From NCBI GenBank assembly GCA_050014495.1, contig JBEKDF010000018.1, forward strand, positions 1 to 54,736: 54,736 nucleotides of DNA, in the 5' to 3' direction. Below the pieces are notes generated by a model, which had not been told where the DNA came from, made no database searches, and saw only the letters and a program-made list of their open reading frames with translations. Shown in pieces: positions 42,080 through 50,493 of this stretch. Source of the DNA: Candidatus Bathyarchaeia archaeon. Its GTDB lineage: Archaea; Thermoproteota; Bathyarchaeia; TCS64. Position numbers and translations under genes: made by a program. How positions within the stretch are numbered: the first letter of the stretch is position 1; every line of letters begins with the position of its first letter.

Positions 42080-42874
42080 TCACGCAATGGTTCTATTTTG
42101 AGATTCTCTGTGTCGGGATAATTCCCTTTCTATATCTTTTAATTCTTCAGCAATATCTTTGAGAGACCCTTCAGTTGTGTAGAGTATGTCTTTATATAAT
42201 TCTAAATTTAATATCATTGAATCCTCATATTTTATACCTTCATTATCTTCATAGTTAATTTTCGCATTAAATATTAATGGATATTTCTCGGGAGTTTTCT
42301 TATTTCCCTCATAATAATTTATTGAACCATCAAAAATCTGCTTAATTTCCTTTCCAGCAATCATTGTTTTTATGCCTTGTTCAAATAAATAACCTTTAGA
42401 TAGATTTCTATCGTTAGTATCTATTAATTCAGGTGTAACCTGAAATGTAATATTTTTAGCCAAACTTTTTCCTTCATTTCTTATTACTAGATTGATTATC
42501 GAATGTCCAAAGGGAATATCAAAATCAATAATAATTTCAGGTCGGGACTGAGCTATTCGAGATAATTTCATCTCATCAACAGTCTTGAATGTCAATAATG
42601 CTACCACAAGGGTAGCTAATATCCCAATATTTTGGATTTGATTGGGTATAAGTAACCAAATAAATGCAAATACTATCATATTTAATCCAAATAATAAGTT
42701 AAATAGATTTTCCGATTTTCTATTCTTAAAGTGTATTAATTCCATAACTAAAATGCCTAGCACTATTCCTAGTAGTGTATATATTGCGGACCAAGCAGCT
42801 ACGGGTAAAAGTGCAATTATTTGCTCTATATCAGTCAACTCATTAACCTCTAGCTTAACTTTTTGTCTGAACAA
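42080..42874 (-). CDS. hypothetical membrane protein with a soluble beta domain (element cargo)
   Basis: Three N-terminal TM segments, then 'RP.I.IDF...IRNEG...AKNI'. Confidence 0.65.
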   Translation of the reverse strand: MFRQKVKLEVNELTDIEQIIALLPVAAWSAIYTLLGIVLGILVMELIHFKNRKSENLFNLLFGLNMIVFAFIWLLIPNQIQNIGILATLVVALLTFKTVDEMKLSRIAQSRPEIIIDFDIPFGHSIINLVIRNEGKSLAKNITFQVTPELIDTNDRNLSKGYLFEQGIKTMIAGKEIKQIFDGSINYYEGNKKTPEKYPLIFNAKINYEDNEGIKYEDSMILNLELYKDILYTTEGSLKDIAEELKDIERELSRHRESQNRTIA

Positions 42875-44091
42875 TAAGTATAAAAATCAATCGTTCAACA
42901 TCCCGCCTTATCAAGCCACTTGCGATATCGTTAGTCAATATTGTATGTTCATGTTAATTCTGGGGTGATGCCGGAGGGTAAAATTGAGCCTTATATATTT
43001 TGAATGAATTGGCATAATAATGAGTATTCAAGAAACCATGGTCATAGGGATTAATCATATATGATGGATAGGTTGATATGTGCAGATAGGTTAATCAAGG
43101 AATTGTGCAGTTGATTTAAATTTAATTTATTTCTGATAGGGTGGGAGGTGAGCTAAGGTTTGTGTCCATAGTTTTGATACTTCATTCTTTAAGGTGTCGA
43201 TCTTAGTTCGTAGGGATTGACCAAATAAGCCCTTAAACGGCTCAGATAGGCATTTTTAAGCCCTATTAGACGAACCATTAAATCCCATGAATTGATCGTA
43301 TAAGCTGTATTATCGTATTAATTGGAGAATTAAGCAATATTAACGTCCTAAATCACCAATCCGTAAGAGCTGAGAAAATCAATTAGATAGACACTGATAA
43401 CGCCCAAGTCTAAAGGGTCAAAAATAGCGATGATTTATTTCTGTAACACACTCTTTTATTATATTGAAATCGTCTATCAAAAAATTTATATTTATTTAGT
43501 GTGCCATTATGTATGTGGTAAGTAGAGTGTGCAGGTTACTCTTGACAAATGAGAAAATCACTACTAAACAGCTTAGTAGAAAATAGATTGATAACCAAAA
43601 ACTGTACCTATACCCTTCCTCCAAATCATACATATGAGCCAAACCGGAAATGGTTTTCGGAAAGAAGTTGGCGACATACCGCCAAACACATACGAATTCC
43701 TAGGAAAATGATCATAAGAGGAACTTAGGAATTATCTGGAAAATCTCATACCATCAAATCATTATCTGGAATTAACTAAGCCTAAGTTCTATCCACCTTT
43801 CTGGTCTCAGAATAATATGCATTTCATTGGAAGGGGTAGGGGGGATATAATATACATATATATAATCTACATATATTAACTTCCCTACGCAGCCTTAGTG
43901 TCTGAGCGTTAAGGCTATAGGAATTAGCATCTTATCTTATTATTTTATAATTTTATATCCATTGTTTTTCACTATTCTCACCTTTCTAACTAACTCACGC
44001 TAAGACAACAAAGTTTGTCCACATCTAGAGGGAGAAGGGATAATGTTTCTTGTCGAGAAGCCTCATAAACGCTGAACATGACCCACTAACC

Positions 44092-44967
44092 ATGAGCGAA
44101 GAAGACGACACCTACTCAACGATTTTCACAGCCCTCAAACATCCTATCAGGAGGAACATTCTGAGGCGTCTCAGTATCTCATCAGCAACTTACACAGAGT
44201 TGCTTAACGAGCTAGGCATTGAGAACGGGCTGCTAAACTATCACATCGAAAGCTTACATGAACTCATACGCAAGAGGGAAGACGGGACATACACACTGTC
44301 AGAGTTTGGACTAGCAGGGTTGAACCTAATAAAAAGGATCGAAGATCCAGTCCCAACCCAAACCGATAGGTACCATAGAAACCGCTCTCTTCTACTTCAA
44401 GCTCTAAGTGTACTGCTAATAATCGCCCTTTCAGTAAGTAGTTGGTCATTTTATTCAAGTAATCAGGTTCTCAAATCCGAGCTGAGTAATCAGCAGAGTC
44501 AAATCGAGACGATACAAACTAACATTCAAGCTTACACATCGCTCTTCGACTCAAACATCACCCCGCCAGTATCAAAGATCGAAGCAATAGCCAAGGCTCT
44601 TTCAAGCGATGGATGGAACTCAACAACTCTCAGAGGGTTGGTGATTGAAGCTTCACTGACTTACGTAAGATTCTTTGTAGCAGATAATGGAGGTATAGGC
44701 TTCCAGTTCCTAAATAGCGTCACTAAACCTATGAATGATTACTCTCCCAAAGCCGAGTATAATGTCACAGAAACAGGAGTTTATCCACCGATCAAGGGGA
44801 CGGTTTGGCATAGGTATGTATGGACTGTCATCGTTCATGAGTCAGGTAATTTTAGGGGAATTCCACCTCCCGGTTTGTATTGGGTGGATGCCAGCACGGG
44901 AGAGCTGTTCAAGGATACCGGAATTGGGATACGGGCAGTTCCTCCTTTCAACCCGTTAACTCATTAG
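44092..44967 (+). CDS. ArsR-like wHTH plus TM plus extracellular domain protein
   Basis: 'IFTALKHPIRRNILRRL...LNYHIESL...YTLSEFG', then a TM segment; ATG at 44092 preferred. Confidence 0.8.
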   Translation: MSEEDDTYSTIFTALKHPIRRNILRRLSISSATYTELLNELGIENGLLNYHIESLHELIRKREDGTYTLSEFGLAGLNLIKRIEDPVPTQTDRYHRNRSLLLQALSVLLIIALSVSSWSFYSSNQVLKSELSNQQSQIETIQTNIQAYTSLFDSNITPPVSKIEAIAKALSSDGWNSTTLRGLVIEASLTYVRFFVADNGGIGFQFLNSVTKPMNDYSPKAEYNVTETGVYPPIKGTVWHRYVWTVIVHESGNFRGIPPPGLYWVDASTGELFKDTGIGIRAVPPFNPLTH

Positions 44968-45006
44968 CCCGTAGACAATTAGGAAATCTGATACAATGAG
45001 TCTACC

Positions 45007-45237
45007 TTACCAAATCCTCATGGGTTCGACCCTTTTCATAGCTTCATGGAGTGAATCGCCCTGAAGCTGGTCCCGCTTTTCACAAAACAATAGATAAATC
45101 GCCTTCAATTTTTCTAATGAATCGGTCTCGGCAAATTGCACATTGTATTTTTTGAGCTGCCTCTTATAGTAGCCAATAGCCACCCTTTCACGCTGCCTAA
45201 TCTTATTTTCTTCATCTGAATATTTTTTAGGTTTCAT
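45007..45237 (-). CDS. small basic hypothetical protein
   Basis: 76-aa ORF co-oriented with the upstream operon. Confidence 0.55.
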   Translation of the reverse strand: MKPKKYSDEENKIRQRERVAIGYYKRQLKKYNVQFAETDSLEKLKAIYLLFCEKRDQLQGDSLHEAMKRVEPMRIW

Positions 45238-45244
45238 GTTTTAA

Positions 45245-45967
45245 CTAATTTTTCCACACTAAGCCCCTACGATCAAATGGCTTATTTTCAATAGAATATC
45301 TAAAGTTGAATGGGGGACCATCAAAAACCCCATTATCAGTTAATCTATCTTTCAATCTATCATTCAATTCTATTCTATTATCATTTATTCTATCAATACT
45401 ATATATTCTATTAATCAATTTATCTATATATCTAATATTACAATTAACTAACGTACTACGATTATACTTATTATATTTAACTACCTTATTTTTTATGAGA
45501 AATAGTAAACATTTTATGTGCTTATGCAATTCCAATTTGATTAATTCCTGATTATCTATAGTGACCTGTTGTGATAGTTGCCATAATATTATACCTTTAG
45601 ACCTTAGATATTTTTTACACTCTTTAGAGACTTTGGCACTTGTTACCAATATGCGAATTTCCCCGCCCAGCTTATTATCAGTAAATGGGAGTTCGTGTTT
45701 AGACTCAAACCATTGAGGGGTCAGGTACCATCCATTAGGGTTAAAGTTTTTTACCTCTATGCATATAGGATAATTATATCCCTCAATTCTCAAGCGTATA
45801 TCTTCGCCTCTTCCCTTGTTTACTCTATAGGAATCTAGACCTTGATCACTATTATTTTTCATATATGTGATATTATCAAAGTTTTCTCTCAGTGCATTAA
45901 CTAACACACTTTCACCTAGAAACCCTTTAAGATTCCAATCTTGGTTTACACTTGATATTATCAACAT
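45245..45967 (-). CDS. PD-(D/E)xK nuclease-fold protein
   Basis: 'GFLGE', 'GEDI', 'IEVKN' catalytic pattern; low-complexity C-terminal tail. Confidence 0.65.
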   Translation of the reverse strand: MLIISSVNQDWNLKGFLGESVLVNALRENFDNITYMKNNSDQGLDSYRVNKGRGEDIRLRIEGYNYPICIEVKNFNPNGWYLTPQWFESKHELPFTDNKLGGEIRILVTSAKVSKECKKYLRSKGIILWQLSQQVTIDNQELIKLELHKHIKCLLFLIKNKVVKYNKYNRSTLVNCNIRYIDKLINRIYSIDRINDNRIELNDRLKDRLTDNGVFDGPPFNFRYSIENKPFDRRGLVWKN

Positions 45968-46026
45968 ATTTTATCTTCCTCCCCTATGCCTAATTTTCTT
46001 TTGGGCTTTTATTGACATATCTAAAC

Positions 46027-46656
46027 TTAACCGCTTACTCCGAGTTTTTCGGAGCAGTTAGGGCAGGTGCTGTGCTGCTGAACGTCAACCATCTGACCAC
46101 AGGAAACACATTGCACCATGTAGAATGGTTCGTTTCTTGCAGAACGGATTTTGAGATCGCCAATCGCCAACTCCTTCAATTCATCCAGCTTCTTCTTGGC
46201 TTCCACATCGCCCTTACGGACCCTCGCAAACAAGTCACTGATCCCTTCAGACATGGTATCGTAGACCATATCCTGTGGGCTTTTGCCGTAGTCGTTTAGC
46301 TTTGTGACACCTCCGCCACGCTTGCTGTCAGCCCCTGCATTCTTCTCAGCCCGACCCTGAAGGAATTCTGGGATATCCGACTGCTTCATTTCCCCACGTT
46401 TGATCTTCTCCTGTAATAGCCCCTCTGTAATGGTCTTTAGCTTGGTCGAATTCTCCTTTTCCTTATCAAGCTGATTCTGCAAGTCCTGCTCTATCTGAGT
46501 CCTATCGAGAACTATGTTGAGGTTTGAATTGCTTGTGCCCTCCCACTTATCGTTGATATACTTATAATCTATGGTTTTGCCGTCAACTAATAGGGATGTA
46601 ACGCTGCCGTCCTTTGGTGCGTTCTCTAGTTGCTTCATAATATCGTTAGTATTCAT
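46027..46656 (-). CDS. coiled-coil protein with C-terminal Zn ribbon
   Basis: Helical charged core; CVSC...CPNC. Confidence 0.65.
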   Translation of the reverse strand: MNTNDIMKQLENAPKDGSVTSLLVDGKTIDYKYINDKWEGTSNSNLNIVLDRTQIEQDLQNQLDKEKENSTKLKTITEGLLQEKIKRGEMKQSDIPEFLQGRAEKNAGADSKRGGGVTKLNDYGKSPQDMVYDTMSEGISDLFARVRKGDVEAKKKLDELKELAIGDLKIRSARNEPFYMVQCVSCGQMVDVQQHSTCPNCSEKLGVSG

Positions 46657-47015
46657 TGTTCATCTTTTTCCTCGTTCCAAATATTGATTCCTGCTTCACT
46701 CTTTGTAGCCTCTTCCTCTATCTCTTCCTTCGCTTTTTCTTCGATTATATCTGATTTGAGGTCTATGATGCCTTCTGTGGCGGTCCAGTACCAATCAGGT
46801 CTCGATAGAATTTCATTCAATGTCTCACCTGACCTCAACTTTTCCTGAAGTGCCTTTATCTCTTCAGCATGTTCATCTAAAAAGGCAGACTGCATAGCAG
46901 GAACATATGGGCTTATCAATCTCCATATAGGTTTCCTCGATGCAACTGATATCATCTTTAGCCTCTCGTAAAGCTGTTCAGGCATAGTGACTACTTTCCA
47001 TCCCGTTGGATTCAT
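46653..47015 (-). CDS. ribbon-helix-helix-like DNA-binding protein
   Basis: N-terminal 'WKVVTMPEQLYERLKMIS....PIWRLI' fits a beta-alpha-alpha RHH pattern. Confidence 0.55.
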   Translation of the reverse strand: MNPTGWKVVTMPEQLYERLKMISVASRKPIWRLISPYVPAMQSAFLDEHAEEIKALQEKLRSGETLNEILSRPDWYWTATEGIIDLKSDIIEEKAKEEIEEEATKSEAGINIWNEEKDEQ

Positions 47016-47138
47016 TTCTTAACTGGTATATATAGTAACTATACATCTATAAAAGTCTTATCAATAAATCATATGTTACAATCTTATGATAACGCTTTTA
47101 ACTAACATCAACTATATATCTATATAGTAAGTTAAGAT

Positions 47139-48041
47139 ATGACAAACTTTAATGTTAATGAGACTTTGCTCTCTTCGGCTTTACCTTCAGAACTCCTTCC
47201 ATTTTTACTTTGGAATGAAATATTAGTTGGAATTAAAGCTGCAAGGCAGGTCTTCGGTGAGGCTATAACCATGAGTTCCGTCCTAATCGGTGAGACTGGT
47301 TCAGAAATCTCGATGCCGGTATTGACCAGCGGATTCAGCGTTTCAAGCATCAGCGAATCTGACTTGGATACAAGCGGATACGTTGCTCAGACACCAACAA
47401 TGGACCACTTACAGGTTTTGGTCGGTGATCAGATTTATCTTGCATTTTCCATCTCGGATATCTTGAAAGAGAACAGTCCGAAATACGACTATGTCGCAAT
47501 CTTGCTCAGGGAAGCCGGAAGGACCATCGGTGAGTATACCGATTCCTCAATCCGTGACACCCTGTGGGCTGGTTACGGCAACTCGGTTGGTGCGACTGTT
47601 GCTGGTAAGCTCGCATTCGATGACATCGTGAACTTGCTCCAATTAGAGAAAGAGGACAAGTTCTACCCAGATGATAACACACCTTTCCTCTATATCTCAC
47701 CTGAAGGCGAAGCTGACCTATTGAAAGACAGTCGCTGGATCAACAGCCATAGATACGCAGTCGGCTCAGTGGGCAACATGGGAAGCGACACAGCGGGAGA
47801 ACAGGACATTTATTGCGATTGCCGTGTCCGTGTCACAGAGACCATGAAGGCGGGTTACGCAATGATTGTCTTCAAGAGTCCAGACGACACAGACCCATAC
47901 TCAATATTCGCTTGGAAGCGTCCACTAACCGTCAAGACTGAGAGATCAGAAATGTACGGAAGACAGGCTTGGTACATCTCCGAGAGATGGGGAACAAAGG
48001 TCATGCAGCCCAATTCTGTGGGCTTGATCTCAAATTGCTAA
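47139..48041 (+). CDS. HK97-fold major capsid-like protein
   Basis: 300 aa; E-loop-like 'G.EISMPV...ISES', spine helix '..AGRTIGEYTD..I', 'FDDIVNL', 'LYISPE..ADLLKD', C-terminal 'ERWGTKVMQPNSV'. Confidence 0.7.
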   Translation: MTNFNVNETLLSSALPSELLPFLLWNEILVGIKAARQVFGEAITMSSVLIGETGSEISMPVLTSGFSVSSISESDLDTSGYVAQTPTMDHLQVLVGDQIYLAFSISDILKENSPKYDYVAILLREAGRTIGEYTDSSIRDTLWAGYGNSVGATVAGKLAFDDIVNLLQLEKEDKFYPDDNTPFLYISPEGEADLLKDSRWINSHRYAVGSVGNMGSDTAGEQDIYCDCRVRVTETMKAGYAMIVFKSPDDTDPYSIFAWKRPLTVKTERSEMYGRQAWYISERWGTKVMQPNSVGLISNC

Positions 48042-48072
48042 ATTTTCCACCCACGTTTCCTAAACTGAAACA

Positions 48073-48227
48073 GGCATAAATCATAGGCAAGCAGGATGCC
48101 CGTCTGGTAACAGCGGGAGTGGGTTTCATTCCCCACCGACAGTCCCGCTTCACCAAACACTGGCTTCAGACATGTTACCGGTGAGCCGGGATAGGGTTCC
48201 TAACCTTCCCCTTACCCGGCACTTTTT
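48073..48227 (+). ncRNA. GC-rich multi-stem structured element downstream of the capsid gene, ending in a hairpin plus T-tract
   Basis: Nested stems CTGGTAACA/TGTTACCGG, AGCGGGA/TCCCGCT, GTGGG/CCCAC, and GCCGGG/CCCGGC followed by TTTTT. Confidence 0.45.
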
Positions 48228-48247
48228 ATATGTAATATTTTAGACAA

Positions 48248-49027
48248 TCATGGCGTGTTGAGTTGGGGTAGAGTCGGGGGTTTTATTTTAACTGATATAC
48301 AGCCATTACGTTTTATTGACCAAGCATTTAATGTTTGAGAAATTGCTAATAATTCAGTTGATTCTAAATATGTTCTTAGCGGGGATATATTAACGCCAAC
48401 ATTTTGTTTTTCATATATAAGAAATTGATTTTTTTCCATTTGAGGAACTCCATAAACGTCTAAACCCTTTAATGTTCCCATAAAAGTTATACCTTTTTCC
48501 TTTTTTATTTCAGGACCATATTTAGGAAAAATCATATATTCATCCATTGTTTTCAGGTCGGGATTAACAAAGCTAGTCAATATAGTATCTGCATTTACAC
48601 CATGACCGTTTAGAGATTCTATAGCCTTTTTTCCTTGATCGAATTCTTCTAATGTCCATTCCACTTCTCTAGATCTTGAAAGCAAATCTATAATTTTTAG
48701 AATCTCTTCCAAACTCCATTTATTAGATATATTATGTATTATATATTTTTGCATACGTTCATCTTTGTATGACTCCTCCCAATTACGAATTGCATATTTT
48801 TTTTGCATTTTTACTGATTCTTGGGTAAGCATTCTCGGAGGAGAAATACGATAAATAACCTCCTGACCTGTGCCTTCAATGCTATCATTTACAAGCTCAT
48901 ATATTTGATCAGTATTTTCTACATTAAAATTACACACTCCAAAATATTCATTAAATTTCCTAAATTCACCGATTTTTTTTACAAGTGATTCATTTATTTG
49001 ACTAACAAGTGTTTCCATCTTATTCAC
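48248..49027 (-). CDS. hypothetical protein, possibly a divergent HK97/encapsulin-like fold
   Basis: 'AIESL...GVNADTIL...GTLKGLDVYGVP....QFLIYEK' resembles an HK97 A-domain pattern. Confidence 0.5.
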   Translation of the reverse strand: MNKMETLVSQINESLVKKIGEFRKFNEYFGVCNFNVENTDQIYELVNDSIEGTGQEVIYRISPPRMLTQESVKMQKKYAIRNWEESYKDERMQKYIIHNISNKWSLEEILKIIDLLSRSREVEWTLEEFDQGKKAIESLNGHGVNADTILTSFVNPDLKTMDEYMIFPKYGPEIKKEKGITFMGTLKGLDVYGVPQMEKNQFLIYEKQNVGVNISPLRTYLESTELLAISQTLNAWSIKRNGCISVKIKPPTLPQLNTP

Positions 49028-49033
49028 CCATAA

Positions 49034-49315
49034 TCATTTTTTATTCCTTGTTTCAATATCTTGTATTTTAGTCATTATATCATTCATTAAAAATGCGATT
49101 CTAATTAGCAATTGATTTTGTATGAGCATATCAGCGTATATATCTCTATTATCAAAAGAGGATGAATCTAATTCGCCTTTTTTCACTTTAGACCAAAGAC
49201 CATTTAAATTTTCTAATTCGGGTATAATTTCATCGTTTAACGCTTTTTTCATCAAGGGAATTTGAGGGTTAGACATGTTTAAATGAAAACCGGGGAGGTT
49301 AAAGAACGTATTCAT
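49034..49315 (-). CDS. small helical hypothetical protein
   Basis: ORF ending 6 bp upstream of the 48248-49027 gene. Confidence 0.5.
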   Translation of the reverse strand: MNTFFNLPGFHLNMSNPQIPLMKKALNDEIIPELENLNGLWSKVKKGELDSSSFDNRDIYADMLIQNQLLIRIAFLMNDIMTKIQDIETRNKK

Positions 49316-49467
49316 TAGTTAATTGAAAAACGGAGTCTTCTGGAAAGTGAAATTTCTTCACCATTCTTATTTCAGAAAACCTTCTTATCTCAGATTGAGT
49401 TTCTTCTAAATGGTCATCATGTTACCGATTGACCGACACGAGGAAATCACTCCGAGTGGGGGTCACG

Positions 49468-49495
49468 GTGAGTTCAAATCTCACCGATCCCACCA
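49468..49495 (+). repeat. attR (duplicated tRNA-Pro 3' end)
   Basis: 28/28 identity to 40354-40381. Confidence 0.92.
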
Positions 49496-49503
49496 ACATA
49501 TTA

Positions 49504-49515
49504 ACCGATCCCACC
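49504..49515 (+). repeat. second partial att copy
   Basis: ACCGATCCCACC repeated 8 bp after attR. Confidence 0.65.
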
Positions 49516-49641
49516 TAGAGTTGATCGGGTTTTCTGAAGAGTCTGACACCATCAACCTCAGTGACATATTCGTAGCCCTTTGCGATGAGCTCCTTCGCCT
49601 GATCTACGGTTGATGCTTCTCGGCAGTCGAAGTGTGTCTGT
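49515..49641 (-). pseudogene. C-terminal stub of a second tyrosine integrase
   Basis: 'FDCREASTVDQAKELIAKGYEYVTEVDGVRLFRKP' aligns by eye with the tail of the intact integrase, 'FIVKVAGDLNEFVGLIESGFEFISDYDGKKVCRKR'. Confidence 0.7.
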
Positions 49642-50429
49642 GCGCGCGCCTCGATGATGACTCCTATGTTCAAACTAGGATTGCTCAGTATCAGGCGTCT
49701 CTCGATGAGAGAGCTTTCACAATAGCGAAGAGTTTCGTAACTGCGAAGATTGAGAGTCAAAACATTATTCTGCGTAAGTATGGGCTTGAGCCTCACCTCG
49801 ACGACTTCAGGGATGCAATCGATAGGAGTGAGGCGAAGAGCCTCGAATTATTAAGGCGGAGATTAACAGGAATCGAGGGGAAGCATACCCAGCGATATTA
49901 CAAGCAGATTTTCGGCCTCTTCCCTGAGAAGCTTAGACCTGAGAAGAGGGAGGGATTCATGACCTACGATGGCGTAAATAATCTGTTTAACTTATCCTAT
50001 GAGATTCTCGCGTGGAAGATTCACAAGGCCCTCGTTAGGGCGAAACTTGAGCCGTACCTCGGTTTCCTTCACAGTAACCAGATGGCTAAACTCAGCTTGG
50101 TCTGTGACTTTCAGGAGCTTTATCGCTATCTGATCGACGACTTCCTGATTCAATACAGCCAAAAAATAAGCAAGAAAGATTTCAAGATGAAGACCGAGTC
50201 TGCGAGTCACGGAAAGAAGGGCAAACGTGAATATCTGACAGACTCCGAAACTAAGACTCTGCTCGATGAGCTTAACATGTTCTTCGAGTCGATAGTTGAA
50301 GTGAAGCGGATTAGAAACGGTGAGCATCAGACACTTGAGACACTAATCAATGAGGAGGCCCTCTTATTCGCGAAGTATCTCAGAGGAGAATTTAGGAGAT
50401 GGGTTCCTAGAGTGCCAAGTGGGATCTAA
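49642..50429 (+). pseudogene. cas1: solo Cas1 (casposase-like), N-terminally truncated
   Basis: 'TRIAQY', 'AKIESQ', catalytic E in 'GIEG', 'DGVNNLFNLSY', H in 'PYLGFLH', 'SLVCDFQELYR'; the N-terminal beta domain is missing. Confidence 0.85.
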
Positions 50430-50493
50430 TATTTACTAAAAACACCAAACTTAATGGGCTTAGACCACAAATTTTTGAACCAATAAATAATAG

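Larger units (their letters stand above)
40354..49495. mobile_element. ~9.1-kb integrative element (provirus/satellite-like) in tRNA-Pro
   Basis: Perfect 28-bp direct repeats at both ends, integrase next to the tRNA, capsid-like gene, AT-rich cargo. Confidence 0.9.

Noticed and set aside
49468..49495. Second tRNA gene
   Set aside because: Only the T arm and 3' acceptor strand are present; the upstream sequence cannot form the 5' half.
49642..49796. First half of the 93-aa ORF 49515-49796
   Set aside because: It is antisense to cas1; only the part below the GCGCGCGC junction resembles an integrase tail.
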